Shown here: piece after piece, positions 44,914 to 53,910 of the stretch
Layout of the letters: every line of letters starts with the position of its first letter
How positions within the stretch are numbered: the stretch's first letter is position 1
From: Candidatus Rariloculaceae bacterium
GTDB taxonomy: Bacteria; Pseudomonadota; Gammaproteobacteria; Steroidobacterales; Rariloculaceae
Length of the DNA stretch: 64,000 nt
Direction: 5' to 3'
NCBI GenBank assembly: GCA_965204155.1
Contig: OZ241971.1
Span: forward strand, 3,072,205 to 3,136,204
Translations under genes and position numbers: made by a program
Notes under the pieces: generated by a model
Databases searched by the model: none
The model's input: the letters and a program-made list of their open reading frames with translations, nothing else
Told to the model about the DNA's origin: nothing

Positions 44914-46680
44914 TTATCGACTGGCCGCGGCCGCAGGAACCGTCAGTGAGCGTAGCCGGGCGGGGGTCTCGCCGCGAACCGAATTGATGAGCGTGAGTTC
45001 ATCCACCCGGGACAAGTCGTCCATGTGAATCGCCCGTTCGCGAATCTCTCCCCGGTCCAGCAGCCACTGGCGGTACGTCCCGCCGAGCAGACCGCACGTC
45101 ACGGGCGGCGTCACGCGCTCCCCCTCGATTGTGGCCACCACGTTGGCGATGCTTGTCTCGGTCACGAAGCCGTCCGTATTCCACAACAGTACGTCGTCAC
45201 AGCCGGCAACCGATCGAAATGCGCGCTCATAGACCCCCCGTCGGGTGGTCTTGTGATACAGAAAGGGGTTGTCCGGATCTATGGGCCGGGGAGCCGGCGC
45301 GATGACCGGGTATGCGGAACTCGGCGGCTTTTCGATGACCTCGTGTTCCAGCACGGGCGGCCCATTTCGGTACTGGAGCAACCGGATTCGGTAACGATGC
45401 CCGCCAAACGTGCGCGCCAGCGAAACCAGTGCCTGAACCGCCACGTCGCGGTCGAAACCGAACCCGAAGTATCGCGCCGAGTCGGCCAGCCTGTTCAGGT
45501 GATAGTCCAGTAGAAAAATGCCCTGGTCACGTGTCCACAACATGGTTTCCAGCAAGGCGAAACCCGGTGCGATGGCAGGAGACTTGAGGATCTTCGACTT
45601 GGTCAGGCACTCGGCGTATTCATCGCCGGGCTCGGAATCGGCCACGATGCCGCTGCCGACACCGTAGAAGGCCGAGCCCGTGCGCTTGTCCACTACGGCA
45701 GTTCGGATGGCGACGTTGAATCGGGCCCGGCGATCCGGCGCTAGGTAGCCGATCGTGCCGGTGTAGACCTCACGCGGAAATCGTTCCAGCGAATGAATTA
45801 GCCGCATGCTTGCGACCTTGGGGGCGCCCGTAACGGAGGCGCTCGGAAACAGCGCACGCAGCACGGCCGACACCGGAGCGTCGGTTTTTGCTTCCACGGT
45901 GGATGTCATCTGCCACACGGTGGGATATCGACTGACGGCAAACAGCTCCGAAACTCGGACCGAGCCCCGTTTCGCGATTCGGCCCAGGTCATTTCGCACC
46001 ATGTCCGTGATCATCACGTTCTCGGCGCGGTTCTTTTTCGACTCATGGAGCCAGGTCCCGAGTTCCTCGTCCTGCGCAAACGTCATCCCGCGTCTCGCCG
46101 TTCCCTTCATGGGCTGACAGCGGACGAGGCCCCGATCCAGCCGGAAGAACAACTCGGGCGAGGCACACAGGATGGCGAAGTCGCTGCCGTTCACGTAGGC
46201 GGCGTACGGCGCTTCGGCAGAAATCCCGGCGAAAAGCGAAAACGGGTCGGAAATGCCGGACGCGACCTGTCTTGTGGTGTAGTTGATCTGGTAGGTATGC
46301 CCCTCACGGATCCGGTCCTGAATGAGCTGAATCTTGCGGAAATAGTCGTGACGGGATTCTGTCATTCGCCACGCAGGTACGGGCCGCAGTGCCGTTCCCG
46401 GCAGCGCCTCCAGGGGCCTGGCTTCCCGGAAGAGCCCGAAGCACATCAGCGGAAGCGTGCCTGCGCGATGCGTCCGGAACGAGGGATCGAAACCTTGTGC
46501 GGCTTCGTAGGTCAGGAACCCTGCCGCAAACAGGCGCTCATGCTCGACCCGGCGTTCGATTTTCTCGAGCGTGGCAAGCACCTGCGAAGGCTGGCGGGTG
46601 GACAGCACATCCACCGGATGGTCGAAGCAAAGCCACCGGCCCGCGGAGGAGTCCCGCAGGACGATCCGGTCAACCCGCAT
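44914..46680 (-). CDS. pabB: Aminodeoxychorismate synthase component I fused to aminodeoxychorismate lyase (PabB-PabC)
   Basis: 588 aa. Chorismate-binding core (GxxxxPKxxxMxxI-like SVTGAPKVASMRLI, YTGTIGY, GSGIVADS), followed by a class-IV aminotransferase-fold C-terminal ~200 aa. Confidence 0.85.
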   Translation of the reverse strand: MRVDRIVLRDSSAGRWLCFDHPVDVLSTRQPSQVLATLEKIERRVEHERLFAAGFLTYEAAQGFDPSFRTHRAGTLPLMCFGLFREARPLEALPGTALRPVPAWRMTESRHDYFRKIQLIQDRIREGHTYQINYTTRQVASGISDPFSLFAGISAEAPYAAYVNGSDFAILCASPELFFRLDRGLVRCQPMKGTARRGMTFAQDEELGTWLHESKKNRAENVMITDMVRNDLGRIAKRGSVRVSELFAVSRYPTVWQMTSTVEAKTDAPVSAVLRALFPSASVTGAPKVASMRLIHSLERFPREVYTGTIGYLAPDRRARFNVAIRTAVVDKRTGSAFYGVGSGIVADSEPGDEYAECLTKSKILKSPAIAPGFALLETMLWTRDQGIFLLDYHLNRLADSARYFGFGFDRDVAVQALVSLARTFGGHRYRIRLLQYRNGPPVLEHEVIEKPPSSAYPVIAPAPRPIDPDNPFLYHKTTRRGVYERAFRSVAGCDDVLLWNTDGFVTETSIANVVATIEGERVTPPVTCGLLGGTYRQWLLDRGEIRERAIHMDDLSRVDELTLINSVRGETPARLRSLTVPAAAASR

Positions 46681-46685
46681 CTCGT

Positions 46686-48083
46686 TTACTCGACTTCTGC
46701 AGCCTGTCGACGATAACGGTTCGACGAAGAAAGCGTGTAGTTGCGCGCCGGGGCATTGAAGGTCCGCTCCCCGATTACCGTGAGCGCATCGGCCATCAGC
46801 AATTTCGGTTCCGGATCTTCCGGCCGCAGCCGAATCACGTGCTGCGCCAATTGCGCGGCGCCCAGCGGGTCGTCGGCCGCCATCGCCTCAAGAGCCTTCT
46901 CCATGAGGACATCGGCCCCGCCCACGAGATCGGCCATGCGCTGCGACTGCCGCAGCGGGCTCTCTCGATGCAGGTTGAGCGGATCGCCGTCGAACCAGCC
47001 CAGGTCCTGGGCGTAGATGTCGCGAACCGTTCCCCAGACGCTGCCGTAGTAGTTGGCAAGGTAGTCCAGTTCGGCCAGGTGCTCCGGCAGCGCCGCGTAT
47101 TCCACCAGCTCGTCCGGCGTCATGTACTGTTTGGCGCCCTCGATCGTGCGGTCGTGGACCCATTGCATGGCATCACGGTAATTGGTCAGCACTTCCACCG
47201 CGTTGCCCAGCATCGGCGTGGTATGGCCTCCCACCACGTGCAGCGGGTCCTCGCCGATCATGCTGTCGATGCTCCGGATCCAGTCGCGAACGGATCGCCT
47301 CGCCGTGCCCCGCAACGGATAGGTATTCGGCCACGACTGGTAGAAGTTGTCGCCGGCAAAGACCACCCGCTGTTCCGGCAACCAGACGTAGAGTTGGTCC
47401 GCCGTCTCGCCCGGCGCCGCCACCAGATCCAGCGTGACACCGGCGATCTCGAGCCGTATCCGGTCTTCGGCGAACGTATGCGTCGGTTCGATCGGCCGGG
47501 CCGGCTGAACCTGGGCTCGCGCACCGTCTCCCATTTGGTTGCCCACCGGGCGTTGCGGCGGGATGGCGATGCCGACACTGATCCGCTGCTCCGGCGGCAG
47601 GTCAAATCCCTGCGTATTGGACGGCCGCGCGCCTCTGGTCAACCCGGCCGCCGCAACCCTCGCGGTCTCCGAGCCGTAATTCGATCGTGCCCAAACCTCG
47701 ATGCCCGAGTCCGGGTCGAAAAACGCCGGCGAACCGTTGACATGGTCACCATGCCCGTGGGTATAGATGAGCGCTCGAATGGGCAGGTCGGTAATCTGCT
47801 CGAATTCGGCACGCACCAGGCGGGCGCCGGCCACCTGCTGCCCGGGGTCGACGATGATGACGCCGTCATCCCCCACGATCATCGTATTGGTCGACACCTG
47901 GTAGCCGATCGCGGTATAGACATCGTCGGCGACCTGGATGATGTCCGGTTCGAACATGTTGTTTCGTTCGAGCAGGCGCAGGGTCGCATCGCTGGGCTGG
48001 GCCAACGCACCCGGGGCGCAGATCAATGCAATCACCGCCGCAGAGAAATTCCGTTTCACGGTTCCACCTTTCAGACTCGCCAT
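46686..48083 (-). CDS. Secreted MBL-fold alkyl/aryl-sulfatase (SdsA1/BDS1-like; no SCP2 tail)
   Basis: 465 aa. IYTHGHGDHVNG (HxHxDH). The C-terminal region YLANYYGSVWGTVRDIYAQDLGWFDGDPLNL...AAQLAQHVIRLRPEDPEPKLLMADAL resembles the alkyl-sulfatase dimerisation domain. An alternative GTG start exists at 48059. Confidence 0.8.
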   Translation of the reverse strand: MASLKGGTVKRNFSAAVIALICAPGALAQPSDATLRLLERNNMFEPDIIQVADDVYTAIGYQVSTNTMIVGDDGVIIVDPGQQVAGARLVRAEFEQITDLPIRALIYTHGHGDHVNGSPAFFDPDSGIEVWARSNYGSETARVAAAGLTRGARPSNTQGFDLPPEQRISVGIAIPPQRPVGNQMGDGARAQVQPARPIEPTHTFAEDRIRLEIAGVTLDLVAAPGETADQLYVWLPEQRVVFAGDNFYQSWPNTYPLRGTARRSVRDWIRSIDSMIGEDPLHVVGGHTTPMLGNAVEVLTNYRDAMQWVHDRTIEGAKQYMTPDELVEYAALPEHLAELDYLANYYGSVWGTVRDIYAQDLGWFDGDPLNLHRESPLRQSQRMADLVGGADVLMEKALEAMAADDPLGAAQLAQHVIRLRPEDPEPKLLMADALTVIGERTFNAPARNYTLSSSNRYRRQAAEVE

Positions 48084-48200
48084 AGACAGGAACGCAACTT
48101 TACCCGAACTGCACTCGATTTGGCCGTCTGATTAGCGAATTGAACGGCAACGGGGTAAATTGCACGTCCACGTCAATTCTGCGGTACCGAGGAGCCCCGT

Positions 48201-49874
48201 ATGAAAGGTCTATCCATTTCCCTTCCGGCGACATTGATTGCGGCTTCATTACTGATTTCCGGGTGCGGATCACCGGCGGGCGATGACGCGGGCACGGCCA
48301 TGCCGGAGGCCTCCGGGCCATCCGTCGAGAGCGTCACGCTGGTGGGCAATCCGAATCCCACCGTGCCGTTGGCTGCCATTCTGAGCGTCGTCACCGACGT
48401 TCCAACACGGCTGACGATCAATCTGGACGATGGCGAGCGAAGCTGGAGCGTCACGCCCAGCGACGAAATGTCCACGGACCACGAGGTTCCCGTGCTCGGT
48501 ATGCGTCCCGACAGGACTCATACCATCACGGCCACACTCGAAGATGAAGGTGGGCTTGCCGCAGAAACGGCAGCCCAGACGTTTACCACGCCGCCGTTGC
48601 CGGAGGCGTTTCCGACGCCCTTGATCACCGCCCGGGACCCGGCACGCATGGAGCCCGGCGTGACGATCTTCAACATCAACGGCCGTTGGGACACGGAAGG
48701 CAATTCCACGCCGGCCAACTTCTCCCCCGCCATCGCCGTGGACGACGCGGGCGAAATCGTCTGGTACTACCTGCCGGGCAACCATCGCGTCCACGATGTA
48801 CGGCGGCTCAACAACGGTAACCTGGTCTACGAGGTTTGGCCCGGCACCGACGGCATGATCGAAATCGACATGCTGGGCAACATCCAGCGCCGCTGGCACT
48901 TCACCGGCACCGCCAAGGACCCGGCGCCCGGCAGCATCCCGGTGGAAACCGACTCCTTCCACCACGACTTTGCCGAACTGCCCAACGGCAATTTCCTGCT
49001 GCTGAGCAGCGAGCATCGGGTGATCGAGGACTGGTACACCAGCGAGACCGATCCCGACGCACCGCGGGCGGACGCCAACGTCATCGGCGACCTGGTAGTG
49101 GAATTCACGCCCGAGGGCGAGGTCGTCAACGAGTGGAGCCTGTTCGACATCCTGGACATCAACCGCATCGGCTACAATTCGCTGCGGGAGGACTTCTGGG
49201 AGAACCATTACGACGGTGTGGTCGAAGGCATCGTCTACGACTGGACCCACGGCAATGCGCTGATCTACGAAGAAGAGGACAACTCCTTCCTGATGTCCGT
49301 GCCCTACCAGGATGCGGTGATCAAGGTCAGCATGGATACCGGCGAACTGGTCTGGATCCTGGGTACCCACGAGAACTGGAACGAACCCTGGAGCGAGAAG
49401 CTGCTCACACCGGTGGGCGATGTGGAGTGGTCCTACAAGCACCACGCCATTACCCATACCGAGCACGGCACGTACCTGCTGTTCGACAACGGCGCCGCGC
49501 GCGCCAGTCCGTACAACGAGAAGATGCCCCTGGCCGACAGTTACAGCCGCGCGGTGGAGTACGCGGTCAACGAGGAGACCATGGAGGTCAGCCAGCCGTG
49601 GGTCTACGGTCCGGAGCATGAGGTCTACTACGGCCGCTACCTGGGCGACGTGGACTGGCACCCTGAGGCGGACACCGTGCTGATCAACGTTGGTGGCGCG
49701 GAAACCAATGCGGAAGGCGTCAACGTCCCGCCCGGCCAGGCCCAGCGATGGGCGCGGCTGATGGAAGTGACGCACACGGATCCCCCGGAAAAGGTGTGGG
49801 AGATGCGCCTTCAGCAGGACGACTCCAACTGGGCCATCTATCGCGCGGATCGCCTGCCGAGCCTGTATCCCTGA
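48201..49874 (+). CDS. Arylsulfotransferase (ASST)-family lipoprotein
   Basis: 557 aa. Lipobox LLISGC. Beta-propeller motifs typical of ASST: HHDFAELPNGNFLLLS, WTHGNALIYEEEDNSFLMSVPYQDAVIKV..TGELVWILG. Confidence 0.8.
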   Translation: MKGLSISLPATLIAASLLISGCGSPAGDDAGTAMPEASGPSVESVTLVGNPNPTVPLAAILSVVTDVPTRLTINLDDGERSWSVTPSDEMSTDHEVPVLGMRPDRTHTITATLEDEGGLAAETAAQTFTTPPLPEAFPTPLITARDPARMEPGVTIFNINGRWDTEGNSTPANFSPAIAVDDAGEIVWYYLPGNHRVHDVRRLNNGNLVYEVWPGTDGMIEIDMLGNIQRRWHFTGTAKDPAPGSIPVETDSFHHDFAELPNGNFLLLSSEHRVIEDWYTSETDPDAPRADANVIGDLVVEFTPEGEVVNEWSLFDILDINRIGYNSLREDFWENHYDGVVEGIVYDWTHGNALIYEEEDNSFLMSVPYQDAVIKVSMDTGELVWILGTHENWNEPWSEKLLTPVGDVEWSYKHHAITHTEHGTYLLFDNGAARASPYNEKMPLADSYSRAVEYAVNEETMEVSQPWVYGPEHEVYYGRYLGDVDWHPEADTVLINVGGAETNAEGVNVPPGQAQRWARLMEVTHTDPPEKVWEMRLQQDDSNWAIYRADRLPSLYP

Positions 49875-50031
49875 CCCGCAGAGCCTCGCCAGCGTGATTT
49901 GACTTCTCGCTTACCGGCCCGGGCTGGCCCGCCTTCGCATTTCCATGCGATCAGCGCAGTTTCGGAACGTGTTCCGGCGTGATTGACACGGTAGGTTAGG
50001 GAGTCAAGAATGGCTTGGCAATGAAGGGACG

Positions 50032-50478
50032 ATGCATATGGGAGCGGCGAGCACGCAGCTTGGCGGCACCGGCATGGTGATTATCGACACGCTGGCTGCG
50101 GCACGCGAACTTGAGGCGGCCGGAATTGAGCCGAAGCACGCTGAAGCGATCGTTTCGATCCAGCGCCGAACGGTTGGCGAACTGGCGACAAAGACCGATC
50201 TCGGCAACGCCGTCTCCGATCTGGCGACGAAGGCCGATCTGCAAAATTTCGCGACGAAGGACGATCTCGAAAATTTCGCGACGAAGATCGAACTCGACAA
50301 CGCGGTTTCCAAACTGGCGACGAAGGCCGAACTCCGGGAATTCAAGTCGGAGCTTGAATTGAAGATCGAGAAGGCCAAGTTCGGCTTGTCCAGATGGATG
50401 ATGACCGGATGGGTCGCCCAGACGGGCGTGCTCGCGACGCTGTACTGGTACTTCTCCTCCGGCCTGCCTGGCGACTGA
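50032..50478 (+). CDS. DUF1640-like coiled-coil protein with C-terminal TM anchor
   Basis: 148 aa. IDTLAAARELEAAGIEPKHAEAIV, followed by five ATK-x-(D/E)-L repeats (27-nt period) and the hydrophobic tail WMMTGWVAQTGVLATLYWYF. The true start may be the ATG at 50038 or 50074. Confidence 0.7.
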   Translation: MHMGAASTQLGGTGMVIIDTLAAARELEAAGIEPKHAEAIVSIQRRTVGELATKTDLGNAVSDLATKADLQNFATKDDLENFATKIELDNAVSKLATKAELREFKSELELKIEKAKFGLSRWMMTGWVAQTGVLATLYWYFSSGLPGD

Positions 50479-50496
50479 TCAGCTTGAGACATATGG

Positions 50497-50589
50497 TCAG
50501 GGTGCGGCCAGGCGGTAGCCGACGCCGCGCTCGTTGAAGATCCACGTGGGATTGGCGGCGTCCTCGCCGAGCTCAGGGCGCGCTGGTAG
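50497..50589 (-). pseudogene. Remnant of the C-terminal end of an OmpR/PhoB-type response regulator (wHTH)
   Basis: The reverse frame reads LPARPELGEDAANPTWIFNERGVGYRLAAP*, the conserved ...LR.KLGEDAANP..I.T.RGVGYRL ending of winged-helix regulators. The upstream frame decays (frameshifted SRDQFEFDV piece) and there is no receiver domain. Confidence 0.5.
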
Positions 50590-50740
50590 GCGCGAACCCG
50601 GCCGGCACGTCGAACTCGAACTGGTCGCGTGAGTGGCTGATCGCAAGTAATAAGGTGTGGCCAATTCCTGGGGGCAGATGCCGTGGCGGTCTTCGGCGGA
50701 CGACGAAGCGTAGCCCGGTAGCGAACACGGAAGAAAGGAA

Positions 50741-52330
50741 ATGCATTCGATTCGACACTTTGCGACGTACTGGATGGGCGTTCTCGTGGTTCTGTCGTCG
50801 CTGTCCGGTCACGCCCAGGCGGCATCCGAGCAAGTGCGCGCCAGTGCGGAGGCCCTGGGCGGCGCCGGGAGAATTCTTGAGCTCCGCAACATTACGCTGA
50901 CGGGTTATGGCCAGTGGGCGTATCAGTACGGCGGCGGGAACATCACCGGTGACCCGAATGCGCCGCAGAAGTGGGGTGCGGCCAACGACTTGCGACGCGT
51001 TTACGATCTCGAGAACGGTCGATTCCAGCTCTTCGAGCGGCGAAACTACCTCTTCCCGTTTGCGGGGACCCGCGGGCACGCATTTACGCCGACGAACCAG
51101 ATTCTGGATGGGGATGTCGCCTACAATGTCCTGCCGAACGGGACGGCGCAGCGGGTCGGCGACACCGGCGGGCAGGGGTCCCAGCGAGCCGACGGTCCCC
51201 GGCACCGCCGGTTGTGGATGCTGTCGAATCCCGTGACCGCGATTCGTGCGGCGCTCTCACCGGAGACGAGTCTCGGCGAAGTGAGCGTAGAAGACGGTTC
51301 GACCCTGATTCCGATCGTCACTGCCGAAGGCTACAGACTCACGATCGGCGTCGACCCCGCCAGCGACCTGCCGCGGTTTGTGCGCTGGATCAATCCCCAG
51401 GACAACATGGGCCAATTGACGTACACGGTCCATTTCACGGGGTACGTACCGGTGGATGGGCTGCTGCTGCCGCTCGGCTACAACACGGTCATCGACTGGC
51501 GCGATATCGACTTCATGAAAGTCTACGTGGACGCCTACGAGATCGACGGCGACATCGCGGATCTCTCCGCTCCCGCCGAGGTGGCCGCAGCCCCGGAGCC
51601 GGTGGTGGAACCGCCCGTTGTCGAAGCCATGCCTGTTGCGGAGGGAGTCTGGCGGTTGTCGACCGGCACGACCGTATTCGAATTCAGCAACCACCTGACC
51701 CTGTACGAGGTCTACGGAAACCAGCTCCAGACGCACGCAACCATCGAGTTTGCGAATCGCCTGGTGCCGGGCAAGCCGGTGACCGAGGCGATCGTCTCGC
51801 ACCACCATTCGGATCATTCGGGCGGATTCAGGGCCGCGGTCGCCGCCGGGCTCACCATCATCTCCAAGCGTGCCAACGAAGGCATCCTGCGTGAGTGGGC
51901 GGAGCGCCGGGCTCCGGATTTTCCCGATTTCCTGGAACGAAACTGGCAGGAAATGAAGTTCCTGCCGGTAGACGAGCATCTGCGACTCGCCGACGACGAC
52001 CTGATCGTGGATCTCTATTGGGCGCGCAACAACATCCACGCGGCGGATCTTGTCCTGGCGCATCTGCCGGAGCATGGGTTGATCGTCGAAGCCGACATCG
52101 CCACGGCGGCCGAGGACTACCAATGGTGGGCGGACAACCTGTGGGACATCATCGAATACTACGATCTTGAAGTGGACCTGCTGTCGCCGGTTCACCAGTA
52201 CATCATGACGGCCGATGAGGTTCGTGCATTCGTGGACGGCGGCGTTCAACGAGCCCGGCAGCGCTGCGCAGAAGAAATGGCCAAGGGAAACTACTTCCCC
52301 GGATGCCCCGTGCAGAGCGACCGGTTCTGA
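50741..52330 (+). CDS. Secreted MBL-fold metallo-hydrolase with large N-terminal domain
   Basis: 529 aa with signal peptide ...LSSLSGHAQA. Contains AIVSHHHSDHSGGF (HxHxDH). AAAGGAA lies upstream of the ATG. Confidence 0.82.
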   Translation: MHSIRHFATYWMGVLVVLSSLSGHAQAASEQVRASAEALGGAGRILELRNITLTGYGQWAYQYGGGNITGDPNAPQKWGAANDLRRVYDLENGRFQLFERRNYLFPFAGTRGHAFTPTNQILDGDVAYNVLPNGTAQRVGDTGGQGSQRADGPRHRRLWMLSNPVTAIRAALSPETSLGEVSVEDGSTLIPIVTAEGYRLTIGVDPASDLPRFVRWINPQDNMGQLTYTVHFTGYVPVDGLLLPLGYNTVIDWRDIDFMKVYVDAYEIDGDIADLSAPAEVAAAPEPVVEPPVVEAMPVAEGVWRLSTGTTVFEFSNHLTLYEVYGNQLQTHATIEFANRLVPGKPVTEAIVSHHHSDHSGGFRAAVAAGLTIISKRANEGILREWAERRAPDFPDFLERNWQEMKFLPVDEHLRLADDDLIVDLYWARNNIHAADLVLAHLPEHGLIVEADIATAAEDYQWWADNLWDIIEYYDLEVDLLSPVHQYIMTADEVRAFVDGGVQRARQRCAEEMAKGNYFPGCPVQSDRF

Positions 52331-52432
52331 TCCGCGCTCCGATACTCGGGAACCGGCGACCCGGGCAAGAATGTCCAGGTGTCAGGGAACGGATTCCGAC
52401 GGGCGCCGGCCGTCCGGGGTGAGGGGCGCGTC

Positions 52433-52675
52433 TCACCCTATTCGGTTGTGTGTCCCGTCGCAGAGCGGCTGTTTGTCCGTTCGCTTGCAACCGCAAAAGT
52501 AGGCGGTGCCGCCGCGATCCGATACATATCTCACGGGCGTAAATTCGGTGCCGCTATGGGAACCATCGCAGAAAGGCTGGTTCCGGCTTCTGCCGCAGCG
52601 GCACCAGAAATAGGCGGTGCCTTCGGAGACTTCGACCGCGTAGGGACTCTTCTGCGCAACGATCGCTTCGGACAT
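52433..52675 (-). CDS. Tandem CDGSH iron-sulfur domain protein
   Basis: 80 aa with two motifs: CRCGRSRNQPFCDGSH and CGCKRTDKQPLCDGTH. Confidence 0.9.
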   Translation of the reverse strand: MSEAIVAQKSPYAVEVSEGTAYFWCRCGRSRNQPFCDGSHSGTEFTPVRYVSDRGGTAYFCGCKRTDKQPLCDGTHNRIG

Positions 52676-52750
52676 CCTTGTTCTCCTGTCTGTTTGCCCG
52701 AGTTCACCCGTGGCCGCGGATGACCCTGCGGGGCCGCTACCTATCCGGCA

Positions 52751-53812
52751 CTATCCGGCGCCCTGGGACGTGGATTGAGCTGCTGTCTCCGCGTCGCATT
52801 CGAACGGCTCGATGGGCGTGCCTTCGGCCAGACGACTCCACTGGGTGGATCCCATATACGATTCGGTCAGGTACACCGGGTCGACGATGGTGTATTCGAC
52901 CATCAGCGTCTGACCATCGTCGCTGAGGCTGTAGCGTTCCGTGAACTCCTTCTGTGCGCTGGACGGCACGTCCGCGCCGACGCCGTTGGGGTCGAAGTCC
53001 GACGCCATTCCGGCTTCCAGGTCCGGAAAGCCGCGGCTCTCCACCACGATGGTGTCGCCTTCGACCCGGCCCATGATCTCACCGAACTGACCCGTCGATT
53101 CCGCTACCACGGTCTCACCGTCCAGCCGGACGGGACGGACGATCCCGTAGTACTCGTGATGCAGCCGCACCTCATCGTCATCGACCTCAATTCCAAAGAG
53201 ATACGGGACATAAAGAATGGACGGCAGGTTAGGCGGGATGCAGCGCATGGCCGGCGTGTCCAGGGGATTGAACGCGGCCCTGGCGTCCAGCCCCGCCTGG
53301 GTCAGCGGATAGGGTGATTCGGCGTTGATGTGCGGATTCGGGTCCGCTTCATAGCCCCACACGCCTTCGAAGCGCTCAAGCCCCGTCGCGCTGACTTCCG
53401 CCGCCAGGCCGCCTTCGGGCACCAGCGTGTCCGGCGCCCACTGATAGACCATACCGTCATCCGTCTCGAAAACGAGCCCGAAAATCAGCGGCCGATCCGG
53501 AACGCGGCTCGGCATGCCGCTGACGGTCAATGTCTGGCCGATCTCGAACGTATCGTGGTCGATGTTGACCCGCTTGAGCAGCGGTATCGAGTGAGTTTCC
53601 ACTTCCCAGCGCTGGACGGTCCCGTCCTCGCCCTGCACATCCAGTTCCAGGAACGAATGCGGGCTTCTGATGCGGATGTCCGCCACGGCGCCCTGGACCG
53701 AAGCCAGGCCGGTGGGATCGAAATGCACGGCAAACGAGTGATGCGCCTGAGCGCTCGTGCCTGCGAACCCATACAAGGAAGCGGAAAATACTGAAATCAA
53801 GAGTCTTTTCAT
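52751..53812 (-). CDS. Secreted fused HH-module + barrel-module protein, unknown function
   Basis: ORF 52751..53887, trimmed to the ATG at 53812 (AAGGAG 9 nt upstream): MKRLLISVFSASLYGFAGTSAQA|HHSFAVHFDPTGLASVQGAVADIRIRSPHSFLELDV. C-terminal half: MRCIPPNLPSILYVPYLFGI...GEIMGRVEGDTIVVESRGF...EPFECDA. Confidence 0.8.
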   Translation of the reverse strand: MKRLLISVFSASLYGFAGTSAQAHHSFAVHFDPTGLASVQGAVADIRIRSPHSFLELDVQGEDGTVQRWEVETHSIPLLKRVNIDHDTFEIGQTLTVSGMPSRVPDRPLIFGLVFETDDGMVYQWAPDTLVPEGGLAAEVSATGLERFEGVWGYEADPNPHINAESPYPLTQAGLDARAAFNPLDTPAMRCIPPNLPSILYVPYLFGIEVDDDEVRLHHEYYGIVRPVRLDGETVVAESTGQFGEIMGRVEGDTIVVESRGFPDLEAGMASDFDPNGVGADVPSSAQKEFTERYSLSDDGQTLMVEYTIVDPVYLTESYMGSTQWSRLAEGTPIEPFECDAETAAQSTSQGAG

Positions 53813-53910
53813 TGTGGCGTACTCCTTGTTTCGGAAGTACCGGGCTCCTTTATGCGACTTGTTCATCAGCCCCGGTATAGGGTCCATTGTAAAGGAAAAG
53901 TCGCCGTCGC

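Noticed and set aside
50004-51205. Minus-strand ORFs 50004..50825 (273 aa) and 50573..51205 (210 aa) as real genes in the atypical patch
   Set aside because: They overlap the DUF1640-like gene and the MBL gene, which have motifs and SDs, and they have no recognisable domains. Only the short out-of-frame response-regulator tail (50497..50589) shows genuine protein-family signal.
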